Shown: piece after piece, positions 54,692 through 63,690 of the stretch
Layout: every line of letters starts with the position of its first letter
Position numbering within the stretch: the stretch's first letter is position 1
NCBI GenBank assembly: GCA_035575715.1
Contig: DATLXN010000029.1
Location: 14,079 to 78,078 of the forward strand
Direction: 5' to 3'
From: Vicinamibacterales bacterium
Lineage (GTDB): Bacteria > Acidobacteriota > Vicinamibacteria > Vicinamibacterales > UBA2999
DNA length: 64,000 nt
Notes under the pieces: generated by a model
What the model saw: only the letters and a program-made list of their open reading frames with translations
What the model was told of the DNA's origin: nothing
The model's database searches: none
Program-made: the position numbers and the translations under genes

Positions 54692-55909
54692 ATGGCCTTA
54701 ATTGCGCTCGGCGTGTGCGGCGGGATTGGCGCTTACAAGGCCGTCGAAATTGCGCGTGGCCTGCAGAAGCAGGGGCATGACGTCGCCACCATCATGACCC
54801 GGTCGGCGACGCAGTTTGTCGGCCCGGTGACGTTCGAGGCGATCACGCGCCGCGAAGTGATTACCGACCAGTGGAAGCCGGGCGCCAATGCTGACATCGA
54901 GCATATCGCGCTCGCGTCGTCCGCGGACCTGCTGCTGGTCGCGCCGGCGACCGCCAACGTGATCGGCAAGTTCGCCAACGGCATCGCCGACGACTTCTTG
55001 TCATCGCTGTACCTGGCGACGACCGCACCGGTGCTGATCGCCCCGGCGATGAACACCAACATGTTCGCGCATCCAGCGGTGGTGCGAAACCTCGACACGC
55101 TTGCGGCACGGGGGGTGCTGTTTGTCGATCCGGGCGACGGCTACCTGGCGTGCGGCTGGATCGGCAAAGGCCGGTTGGCTGAACCAGCCGAGGTGGTCGA
55201 CGCGGCGATCGCGGTGTTGCGACCGAACGGACCGTTATCCGGCAAGCGGCTGCTGATCACGGCCGGGCCGACGCTCGAGGACATCGACCCCGTGCGGTTT
55301 GTCGGCAATCGATCGAGCGGACTGATGGGTTACGCGATTGCCGCCGAAGCGTCGCGGCGCGGCGCGCGCGTCACGTTGATTTCAGGGCCGACAAAACTCG
55401 CGGCGCCGCGCGCCGAGGAGATCATTCAGGTGCGCAGCGCCGCGCAGATGCACGAGGCGGTGCTCTCGCGCGCGGAGCACGCCGATGTCGTGGTAATGGC
55501 AGCGGCAGTGGCCGATTACACCATCGCCACGCCGGACCCGCACAAGATCGCCAAGCGTGACGAACCGCTGACGCTGACCCTGACCCGCACCCGCGATATT
55601 CTCGGCGAACTGGGCCGGCTGCCGTCGCGGCTTGCGGCCGGGCGGCCCGTACTCGTCGGCTTTGCCGCGGAAACCCATGACGTGCTTGCGCACGCGCGGC
55701 AGAAACTGGATCGCAAAGGGGCTGATCTGATCGTCGCCAACGACGTGTCCTTACCCGGTGTCGGCTTTGACACGTCGACCAACGCCGTGACGTTGGTGTC
55801 GCGCGACGGCGCAGAAGATATCCCGCTTCAGCAAAAATCCGCGGTCGCCGCCCGCTTACTCGACCGTGTCGAACAACTGCTCGAGGTTCATGTCTCACGA
55901 TCTCGCTGA
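54692..55909 (+). CDS. coaBC: bifunctional phosphopantothenoylcysteine decarboxylase / phosphopantothenate-cysteine ligase
   Basis: GVCGGIGAYKA, PAMNTNM and ITAGPTLEDIDPVRFVGNRSSG. Confidence 0.92.
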   Translation: MALIALGVCGGIGAYKAVEIARGLQKQGHDVATIMTRSATQFVGPVTFEAITRREVITDQWKPGANADIEHIALASSADLLLVAPATANVIGKFANGIADDFLSSLYLATTAPVLIAPAMNTNMFAHPAVVRNLDTLAARGVLFVDPGDGYLACGWIGKGRLAEPAEVVDAAIAVLRPNGPLSGKRLLITAGPTLEDIDPVRFVGNRSSGLMGYAIAAEASRRGARVTLISGPTKLAAPRAEEIIQVRSAAQMHEAVLSRAEHADVVVMAAAVADYTIATPDPHKIAKRDEPLTLTLTRTRDILGELGRLPSRLAAGRPVLVGFAAETHDVLAHARQKLDRKGADLIVANDVSLPGVGFDTSTNAVTLVSRDGAEDIPLQQKSAVAARLLDRVEQLLEVHVSRSR

Positions 55910-56678
55910 ACATCTGCGCTTTTTTGAGGACCTCGGGGTCACCGGGATCAGCCGCGACCAGGCGTGGCGGGCACGCCGCGCCAAAATCCCCATGGTGGCC
56001 CCGGCTGCCGAGCCACCTCCGTCCCCGGCCGCGTCGGCACCTCCGTCCCCAGAGGCCTTGCTGACCTCCGTCCCCACTGCAATGACCTCCGTCGCCACTG
56101 CAAAAGTTGCGACGCCCTCGCAGTTATTGACGCTCTTGCGCGAGGAGATCGGGCCGCTGTGCATGCGCTGCAAACTCGCCACCCTGGGACGGAAGCAGGT
56201 GGTGTTTGGCATCGGCAACCCGAACGCTGACCTGATGTTCGTCGGCGAAGCGCCGGGCGCCGACGAGGATGAACAAGGCGAGCCCTTCGTCGGCCGCGCC
56301 GGGCAGCTGTTGACCAAGATCATCGAAGCCATCGGCCTGCGTCGTGACGATGTCTATATTGCCAACGTCATCAAGTGCCGGCCGCCGGGGAATCGCAACC
56401 CGGAGCCTGATGAAGTCGATCAGTGTGAGCCTTTCCTGTTTCGTCAGGTCGACGCGATCAAACCAAAGGTAGTCATCGCGCTGGGAAAGTTCGCGACTCA
56501 ATCGTTGCTGAAGACCGGCGAGCCGATCACGCGCTTACGCGGCCGCGTCTTCAATTATCGGGGCGCGTCGTTGATCCCGACTTTTCACCCGGCCTACCTG
56601 CTGCGCAATCCCACCGCGAAGCGCGACGTGTGGGATGACATGAAAAAGGCCCGCGCGATCTTACAAGGCGACGAGTAG
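55890..56678 (+). CDS. uracil-DNA glycosylase family 4 with N-terminal extension and repeat-encoded linker
   Basis: GIGNPNADLMFVGEAPGADED...FVGRAGQLL and VIKCRPPGNRNP. Alternative GTG start at 55866. Confidence 0.88.
   Translation: MSHDLAEHLRFFEDLGVTGISRDQAWRARRAKIPMVAPAAEPPPSPAASAPPSPEALLTSVPTAMTSVATAKVATPSQLLTLLREEIGPLCMRCKLATLGRKQVVFGIGNPNADLMFVGEAPGADEDEQGEPFVGRAGQLLTKIIEAIGLRRDDVYIANVIKCRPPGNRNPEPDEVDQCEPFLFRQVDAIKPKVVIALGKFATQSLLKTGEPITRLRGRVFNYRGASLIPTFHPAYLLRNPTAKRDVWDDMKKARAILQGDE
56014..56096 (-). repeat. four copies of the GGGGACGGAGGTS motif (inverted orientation) inside the UDG coding sequence
   Basis: Plus strand: CACCTCCGTCCCC at 56014 and 56038, GACCTCCGTCCCC at 56063, GACCTCCGTCGCC at 56084. 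Confidence 0.85.
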
Positions 56679-56684
56679 CCGCGC

Positions 56685-58913
56685 GTGCCCCGGCTGATCG
56701 CGGTCGCGGTGCCGGTCCCCGCGCTCGACCTGCTGACCTATCGCATACCTGACACGATCGCGTTGCCGGTGGCCGGCGCGAGGGTGGTGGTCCCGCTCGG
56801 TCGACGGACCTTGACCGGGGTCGTTGTTGGCGCCGCGCCGACGCCCTCAGGCGACTTCTCGCTGCGTGACGTTGTCGAGGTCCTCGACGACGCCGCGTTT
56901 ATTCCCGCCGACGTGCTTCAACTCACTGAATGGGTGGGAGACTTTTATCTCGCCGGTCCCGGTTCGACATTGGCCGCGGCAATGCCGCCCCATGCCCTGA
57001 CCGGACGCGTCGACCGGTTCCGCACCATGCGGATCGTGTCGCTCTCCGCCGAAGGACACGACGCAGGCGTCGATGCCGGACGGGGGCTGCGGCAGAAAGA
57101 CGCTGTCGCGGCGCTGAAGGCCGCGCCCGATGGCCTGAGCGCCGGACAGCTTGCGGCGGCCGGCATTTCTGCTGCAGTCGTCAACCGGCTTCACGCCCTG
57201 GGTCTGGTGACCGTGCGCAAGGAGCGTGTCGATCGCGATCCGTTTGCGTCCGGCGCGGCGCTGGAGACCCGCGGCGGCGAGGGGGCGCGGGTGCTGACCG
57301 ATGAGCAGCGCACCGCCGTTGCGACGCTAGGGACGCTCGCTGCGACCAGAAAATTCCACGTCGCCCTGGTCCACGGCGTCACCGGGAGCGGGAAGACCGA
57401 GGTCTACCTGCATCTGGCCGAGCAGGTGCGACGCAGCGGTCGCGGCGTCCTGATGCTGGTGCCGGAGATCGCGCTGACCCCGGCGGTCGCGGCCGTTTTC
57501 CGCGCGCGGTTTGGCACCGGCGTCGCGATTCAGCATAGCGGCCTCTCAGAAGGCGAGCGGCACGATCAATGGCACCGCATTCGACGCGGCGATGTCGACG
57601 TGGTGATCGGCACGCGTTCGGCGATCTTTGCCCCGTTGGCCCGCCCCGGCCTGATCATCGTCGATGAAGAACACGACACCTCCTACAAGCAAGAAGAGAT
57701 GCCGCGCTACCACGGGCGTGACGTGGCGGTGATGCGCGGCAAGTTTGCCGATGCCCTGGTCGTGCTCGGTTCTGCGACGCCATCAATGGAGTCGTACGCC
57801 AATGCGCAGCAGTCGCGTTACACGCTGATTTCGCTCAAGCGACGCGTCCTCGACCGTCCGCTGGCTGCGGTTCGGATCATCAACATGCGCGACGAGTTCG
57901 CCGAAGAGGGACCGGACGTCATCCTGTCGCGACCGTTGCGCGAGGCGATGCAGGCCAGGCTCGACAAGCACGAACAGATTTTGATCCTGCTCAATCGCCG
58001 CGGCTACGCGGCGTCGGTGTTTTGCCGCCAATGCGGCAGCACGATGGATTGTCCGAACTGCAGTGTGTCGTTAACCGTCCATACCGGACGAAATGCCTGG
58101 CGGGCGCGCTGCCATTACTGCAACTACTCGCGGCTGGTGCCGCGCCAGTGCCTGAACTGCGCGGCGCCGTATCTGGAACATGTTGGGTTTGGGACCGAAC
58201 GGGTCGAAGCGGAAGTGGCCGCTTTGTTTCCACACGCGCGCATCGGGCGCGTTGACCGCGACACGATCCGCAAGCGGGGCAGTCTCGCCGACCTGCTCAA
58301 TCGCTTCGCGCGCCGTGAGCTCGACGTGCTGGTCGGTACGCAGATGATTGCCAAGGGCCATGACTTTCCGCAGGTCACACTAGTCGGCGTGATCTCGGCG
58401 GATGTGGGGCTGGGGATGGCTGATTTCCGCGCCGCTGAGCGTACGTTCCAGCTGTTGACTCAAGTCGCCGGCCGCGCCGGCCGCGGCGAGCAGGCGGGCG
58501 AGGCGATGATTCAGACTCTCTTCCCCGGGCATTACAGCATTCGGTTCGCGACCGCACAGGACTATCCGGCGTTTTACGACAAGGAAATCGAGTTCCGCCG
58601 TGCCATGCGTTATCCGCCTCTCATTGCGATGATCAACGTTGTGGTCAAAGGGCCGACCTACGACACCTCGATGGCGGCCGCGGCCGACCTGGCCCGCCGC
58701 GTCAGCGAAATCTCCAAGCCGACCGGTGGGTTCGTCCTGCTCGGACCTGCCCCGGCGCCGTTGACGCGATTACGTGGCGAAAACCGCGCGCAGTTTTTTC
58801 TGAAGGGCACCTCGCGTGCGGCGATGCGCGCGGCGCTGAGACAGGCGCTCAGCGAGGTCCCCGAAATCGCGCGCAAGACTGCTGTTGATGTCGATCCGTT
58901 GAGCGTGCTGTAG
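56685..58913 (+). CDS. priA: primosomal protein N' (replication restart helicase)
   Basis: GVTGSGKTEVY, DEEHD, and the Cys-rich insertion CRQCGSTMDCPNCS...CHYCN...CLNC. Confidence 0.92.
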   Translation: MPRLIAVAVPVPALDLLTYRIPDTIALPVAGARVVVPLGRRTLTGVVVGAAPTPSGDFSLRDVVEVLDDAAFIPADVLQLTEWVGDFYLAGPGSTLAAAMPPHALTGRVDRFRTMRIVSLSAEGHDAGVDAGRGLRQKDAVAALKAAPDGLSAGQLAAAGISAAVVNRLHALGLVTVRKERVDRDPFASGAALETRGGEGARVLTDEQRTAVATLGTLAATRKFHVALVHGVTGSGKTEVYLHLAEQVRRSGRGVLMLVPEIALTPAVAAVFRARFGTGVAIQHSGLSEGERHDQWHRIRRGDVDVVIGTRSAIFAPLARPGLIIVDEEHDTSYKQEEMPRYHGRDVAVMRGKFADALVVLGSATPSMESYANAQQSRYTLISLKRRVLDRPLAAVRIINMRDEFAEEGPDVILSRPLREAMQARLDKHEQILILLNRRGYAASVFCRQCGSTMDCPNCSVSLTVHTGRNAWRARCHYCNYSRLVPRQCLNCAAPYLEHVGFGTERVEAEVAALFPHARIGRVDRDTIRKRGSLADLLNRFARRELDVLVGTQMIAKGHDFPQVTLVGVISADVGLGMADFRAAERTFQLLTQVAGRAGRGEQAGEAMIQTLFPGHYSIRFATAQDYPAFYDKEIEFRRAMRYPPLIAMINVVVKGPTYDTSMAAAADLARRVSEISKPTGGFVLLGPAPAPLTRLRGENRAQFFLKGTSRAAMRAALRQALSEVPEIARKTAVDVDPLSVL

Positions 58914-58929
58914 ACTCGCGGCCGTCGGC

Positions 58930-59115
58930 CGCGAGCAGGACGCGCGGCAGTTCACTGGCTTCGCATCCTCACGCCGCTCGCCGGACAGCCGTCGCTTCGC
59001 TCGGCTGCAGGAGCTCGGCGGCTTCGCGCCTCGCTCCTGCACGCGAGTCCCCGAGCGTGTCCCGCGGGCGCCGTGAGTCTGCGAAGCCAGTGAACCGGCG
59101 CCCGTCCTGCTCGCG
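58930..59115. repeat. 186-bp element bounded by 35-bp inverted repeats (about 32/35 match)
   Basis: Left arm 58930-58964 CGCGAGCAGGACGCGCGGCAGTTCACTGGCTTCGC. The reverse complement of 59081-59115 is CGCGAGCAGGACGGGCGCCGGTTCACTGGCTTCGC. An inner pair TGCAGGAGC/GCTCCTGCA is also present. Confidence 0.85.
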
Positions 59116-59153
59116 TGCGCCCTTCGATGATGCGCGAGGGCGCGCGCGAGTCC

Positions 59154-60128
59154 TCACTGACCAGTCACAAACGGTTCGATCGGCGCCGGCGTGAAGCAGA
59201 TGATCAGCATGACCAAGCCCACCACGGCGAGAATCAGTCGCGTCCGATCCATCTGCATGTCGTCGTCGAGCGTCGGCGGATGATGCGGCCCCATGACGGC
59301 CAGCATGACGACCATCAGGATCGTCCAGATCAGCCAGCTCATTGAGAAGATAGTCAGACCGATCGCCACGCACACCATCAGCAGCGTGAGCAGCGCCGAG
59401 CCGCGACCGAGCACGGCATAGGCGACGTGGCCGCCATCGAGTTGGCCGATGGGAAACAGGTTGAGCGCGGTGGCGAGCAGGCCAAACCATGCGGCAAAGG
59501 CCATCGGATGCATGTTGATCGAGACCCCATCCGGCAGGTCGCCCCACACCAGCCACGAGGCGAAGCGAAAGAGCAGCGGCTCGCCGAGTTCGAGTCCGGT
59601 GAAATCGGCCGGCAGCTGCTCGGTCGCCGACAGGGTCAGCCCCATCACCAGGGCCGGCACCGCCACGAGGAAACCGGCGATCGGACCCGACAGACCGATA
59701 TCAAACAACGCGACTTTCGAGGGGATGCGATCGCGAATCCGAATGAACGCGCCCAGCGTGCCAGTCAGCGGCAGAGGCGCCGGCAGGAAAAACGGGAGTG
59801 ACGCGTCAACGCGATAGTACCGGCACGCCACGTAGTGCCCCATCTCGTGGCAGCCAAGGATGCCCAGGACGGTCGCGCTGTACCAGAGGCCATTGAGGTA
59901 GAGCGACGGGTCACGAAAATCAGGGAAGACGACGGCGTCGGCGTTGAAGCCTTGCGTGAAGCCCCAATAATGCAGCGCGCCCACCAACGTCGTCGTCACC
60001 ACGGTCATCAGGAACAAGACGATGTGGAGCCAGACGCGATCCTGGCGGGGCAGCGGGGGAGCAACGTAATAGGGCTCGAGGTCGCCGGGTTCAAGCGGCG
60101 GCATCGCCCGGTCGAGCGAGTCGGACAC
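59154..60128 (-). CDS. site-2 protease family (M50) membrane metalloprotease
   Basis: HEMGHY (HExxH) in a TM helix and a downstream GQLDGGH motif. Confidence 0.85.
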   Translation of the reverse strand: MSDSLDRAMPPLEPGDLEPYYVAPPLPRQDRVWLHIVLFLMTVVTTTLVGALHYWGFTQGFNADAVVFPDFRDPSLYLNGLWYSATVLGILGCHEMGHYVACRYYRVDASLPFFLPAPLPLTGTLGAFIRIRDRIPSKVALFDIGLSGPIAGFLVAVPALVMGLTLSATEQLPADFTGLELGEPLLFRFASWLVWGDLPDGVSINMHPMAFAAWFGLLATALNLFPIGQLDGGHVAYAVLGRGSALLTLLMVCVAIGLTIFSMSWLIWTILMVVMLAVMGPHHPPTLDDDMQMDRTRLILAVVGLVMLIICFTPAPIEPFVTGQ

Positions 60129-60130
60129 GG

Positions 60131-60400
60131 CTATCCGATATTCTGCAGTTCTTTACCGGGCTTGAAACGAATAGTGCGACCGGGGGGGATGCGCACCTCT
60201 TTGCCGGTGCGGGGATTGCGCCCAATGCCGCGCTTGCGCGGCTTCACCTGAAAGACGCCGAAACCGCGCAATTCGATCCGTTCGCCCCGCTGCATCGAGT
60301 GGCGCATGGCCTCGAAAACGGCATCGACAGCCAGCTCTGCCTTGACCTTGGTGATTTCCGCCACCCGGGAGACTTCGTTGACGATATCGACCTTGATCAT
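60131..60400 (-). CDS. IHF/HU family DNA-binding protein
   Basis: RIELRGFGVFQVKPRKRGIGRNPRTGKEVRIPPGRTIRFKPGKEL. Confidence 0.88.
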   Translation of the reverse strand: MIKVDIVNEVSRVAEITKVKAELAVDAVFEAMRHSMQRGERIELRGFGVFQVKPRKRGIGRNPRTGKEVRIPPGRTIRFKPGKELQNIG

Positions 60401-60570
60401 GAATGGCGGAAACGCTCCGAGAGCGTCTAACTATCTTATTTCGAGTCACTTACGCTGTCAAACCCACAAGTACTTGCGTTACAGGGAGTTATCGGCCGCT
60501 GCCAGTAGAGGCTACACCCCGCTGAAACCCACAAGCCCTTGTGAGACTGTAAGATAGGGCGAACGCTGCC

Positions 60571-61992
60571 GTGTCAGTCAAGCGCCTGCCCTCTGTCGTC
60601 CTCGTCGGTCGCCCCAATGTGGGCAAATCGACCTTGTTCAACCGCCTGACCGGGACGCGCCGCGCCATTGTGACGGCGATCCCGGGGACGACTCGCGACG
60701 TGCTGACCTACCCGGTGGTCTGGGAGGACATGGGCCTCGAGCTGACCGACACGGGAGGCATGTTTGGCGCCTCCCACGACCCGTTGCATCAGCTGGTCTT
60801 CGAACGTGGGCAACGCGCCATCGCCACCGCTGACGTCATTGTGTTCGTCGTAGACGGCCGGGAGGGGTTGGTGCCGGGCGATGAGGACATCGCACATGCG
60901 GTGCGCGGAGCAAACGTTCCCGTGATTCTCGCGGTGAACAAAACCGACGATAAACGCGCGCAGGCCGGGGCGCTGGAGCTCTATCGACTCGGGTTCGATC
61001 CGATCCATGAGGTGAGCGCTGAGCACGGTCACGGCGTCGGCGAGTTACTCGACGAGATCGCCAAGCGCTTACCGCGTACGGTGCGTCTGCGCAGCAAGGA
61101 CGCGGACGAAGACGAGGAACGTGAGGAAGGCGATCGCGCGTCGGACACCGCGGGCGGCCACGCCGCCGAAACCGCCGTGGCGATTGTCGGGCGTCCCAAT
61201 GCCGGCAAGTCCTCGCTGGTCAATCGCTTGCTCAAGGAAGAGCGGATGATCGTGTCGGATGTGCCGGGGACGACCCGCGATTCGGTCGACACGATGTTGC
61301 GCTGGCACCGCAAGCAGTTCCGGATCGTGGACACCGCCGGGATTCGCCGGGCCGGCCGCGTCCATAGTGGCGGCCAGGTGGAACAGGTCAGCGTGATGCT
61401 GGCGCGTCGCGCCATCGAGCGCGCTGATGTGGTGGTCCTCGTGCTCGATGCGACGGCGGGCGCCACCGATCAGGATGCGGCAATCGGCGGCGATGCGCAT
61501 AAGGCCGGGCGAGCGGTGATCATCGCCGCCAACAAGTGGGACCTGATGAAAGACCAGGGCCCCGACGGCTACAAAGTGTTCGATGAGCGGACCCGCTACC
61601 AGCTCAAGTTTCTCGAGTACGCGCCGATCCTGCACATTTCCGCGAAGAGCGGTGAACGCACCCCGAAGTTGCTCGAAGCGATCGACCGCGTGTCAGCGGC
61701 GCGCCGCAAGCGGGTCCCGACCCCCGAGCTGAATCGATTTATCGAGCGGATCACCGCAGGGCAGCGGCCGGTCAGTCCCGGTCATAACAACGTGCGCATT
61801 CTGTACGCAGCGCAGACCGGGGTCGCGCCGCCGATGTTTGTGTTCTTTACCAACGTCGCGACCAAGTTTCATTTTTCGTACGAGCGCTTCCTCGAGAATC
61901 AATTACGGGAAGAATTCGGTTTCGAGGGCACGCCCATCAAGATCGCGGTCCGGAAGCGCTCGCGAGCGCGATCCGACACGCGGAAACAGTGA
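60571..61992 (+). CDS. der: ribosome biogenesis GTPase Der (EngA)
   Basis: Two GTPase domains (GRPNVGKSTLFNRL and GRPNAGKSSLVNRL) plus a KH-like C-terminus. Confidence 0.92.
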   Translation: MSVKRLPSVVLVGRPNVGKSTLFNRLTGTRRAIVTAIPGTTRDVLTYPVVWEDMGLELTDTGGMFGASHDPLHQLVFERGQRAIATADVIVFVVDGREGLVPGDEDIAHAVRGANVPVILAVNKTDDKRAQAGALELYRLGFDPIHEVSAEHGHGVGELLDEIAKRLPRTVRLRSKDADEDEEREEGDRASDTAGGHAAETAVAIVGRPNAGKSSLVNRLLKEERMIVSDVPGTTRDSVDTMLRWHRKQFRIVDTAGIRRAGRVHSGGQVEQVSVMLARRAIERADVVVLVLDATAGATDQDAAIGGDAHKAGRAVIIAANKWDLMKDQGPDGYKVFDERTRYQLKFLEYAPILHISAKSGERTPKLLEAIDRVSAARRKRVPTPELNRFIERITAGQRPVSPGHNNVRILYAAQTGVAPPMFVFFTNVATKFHFSYERFLENQLREEFGFEGTPIKIAVRKRSRARSDTRKQ

Positions 61993-62031
61993 TTTTCGCG
62001 TGATATACTCAATGGATCGGGTCGTGAAGTA

Positions 62032-62513
<482 letters not shown>

Positions 62514-62520
62514 AAGATTA

Positions 62521-62560
62521 CGGGCCGATTCCTTCAACAGGGGTCGGCCCGTTTGCTTTG
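62521..62560 (+). terminator. hairpin plus T-rich tract after tRNA-Pro
   Basis: CGGGCCGA (62521-62528) pairs with TCGGCCCG (62544-62551), followed by TTTGCTTTG. The 15-nt loop is rather large. Confidence 0.5.
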
Positions 62561-62608
62561 TACTGACGTATCGTTGACGTATTGCTGACGCGCGTCCAGC
62601 GCCCGGAC

Positions 62609-62636
62609 TTGACGTTGTTTGCTTTTCATGTAAGAT
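62609..62636 (+). promoter_or_regulatory. sigma-70 promoter TTGACG-N16-TAAGAT for the first accessory gene
   Basis: -35 at 62609-62614 and -10 at 62631-62636. Lower-GC context. ATG at 62670. Confidence 0.5.
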
Positions 62637-62669
62637 ACCTATCAGTCTCTTACGCGAGATACCAAACTA

Positions 62670-63182
62670 ATGACACCCCGACCAACCCGCGAATCCACCC
62701 ATCCGTTCACCCGCAGTGAAGCGGCGATGCTGGCCAATGCCTCCGCCCCTGTGGTGAAGAAACTGTCGCGAGCATTGCTGAACAAGAAGGGCGAAGGGAC
62801 GGGCAACTACCTGGGATACAGCATGGACGACGTCGTACGCATCCGGGTGGCGAAAGAGCTGCTGAAGGTCGGCGTACAAGTCGCCAGCATCCACGGCTTG
62901 TTCGAATCCATCGAGAAGGACTGGCCGCGCATCCGTCGTCTCGAAGCGATCCGCGACGGTGCTTGTTTGGTGCTGATCATCGGCGCGCTCGGCCCGAACC
63001 GAGACAGCGGCGGTCAGGTGTACCTGACAACCGCGCATGAAGCCAGGGAGTGGCTGCGACAGACGAAGCGCACCGTTGTCGTGATCGACATCGGCGCGAT
63101 CGTCGAAGACATCGAACAGAAGACCGGCCGGCAGTATCGCGAAGATACGGCCGAGGACCCAAGCGGGGGAGCGGCGCAATGA
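62670..63182 (+). CDS. hypothetical protein, possible MerR-like N-terminal HTH
   Basis: FTRSEAAMLANASAPVVKKL...YSMDDVVRIRVAKELLKVGVQVASI resembles the MerR HTH and wing. Weak. Confidence 0.65.
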   Translation: MTPRPTRESTHPFTRSEAAMLANASAPVVKKLSRALLNKKGEGTGNYLGYSMDDVVRIRVAKELLKVGVQVASIHGLFESIEKDWPRIRRLEAIRDGACLVLIIGALGPNRDSGGQVYLTTAHEAREWLRQTKRTVVVIDIGAIVEDIEQKTGRQYREDTAEDPSGGAAQ

Positions 63183-63397
63183 ACTCTGTGCAACCGTCGC
63201 CTTGGCTCACTGCCAGCGAAGCGGCCGAATACCTGAAGCGCGGCCGACGCTTCGTCTTGCGCGAGGTTCACGCCGGCCGATTGCGGGCGGCTCGCATCGG
63301 CGGCCGTGGCGAGATTCTCACGCGGGGCGAATGGTGCGACCAGTACGTTACCGACCAGGCCTCGCCGGTGGCAGTAGCATCGCGGCGGAGTGCGTAG
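63179..63397 (+). CDS. excisionase-family helix-turn-helix DNA-binding protein (HTH_17-like)
   Basis: ATG at 63179 overlaps the previous stop (ATGA). WLTASEAAEYLKRGRRFVLREVHAGRLRAARIGGRGEILTRGEWCDQYV. Confidence 0.8.
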   Translation: MNSVQPSPWLTASEAAEYLKRGRRFVLREVHAGRLRAARIGGRGEILTRGEWCDQYVTDQASPVAVASRRSA

Positions 63398-63399
63398 CC

Positions 63400-63690
63400 A
63401 TGGGCGAACCCTTGGGCTGCGCGGACGGGCTTATCCCGGAGGAAACATCGTCCTCTGATCAGGCGGAGCGCGCGCATCATCGCGACCTGCCAACGATCGA
63501 ACCTGAAATCGCATGGGCCGAACTCGTGCTCTTGCGTCAGCATGTTGCCACGCTGATCTGGTGCCGGCAACGGCGGCAGCGCGTGGTGCGATATGACTCC
63601 GTCACGGGGTTGGTCTGCGAACTGGAATGGGCGACGGAGCGCATTCATCGCCTTGAGCGGGTGTTGGCGCGGAAGGGGCGTGCGGCGTGA
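63400..63690 (+). CDS. hypothetical protein (96 aa)
   Basis: ATG 2 nt after the previous stop, and its stop overlaps the next start (GTGA). No motif recognised. Confidence 0.55.
   Translation: MGEPLGCADGLIPEETSSSDQAERAHHRDLPTIEPEIAWAELVLLRQHVATLIWCRQRRQRVVRYDSVTGLVCELEWATERIHRLERVLARKGRAA

Noticed and set aside
58969-59556. 195-aa minus-strand ORF covering the long inverted repeat and part of the M50 gene
   Set aside because: It overlaps the M50 protease gene in another frame and reads through the inverted-repeat element. No motifs.
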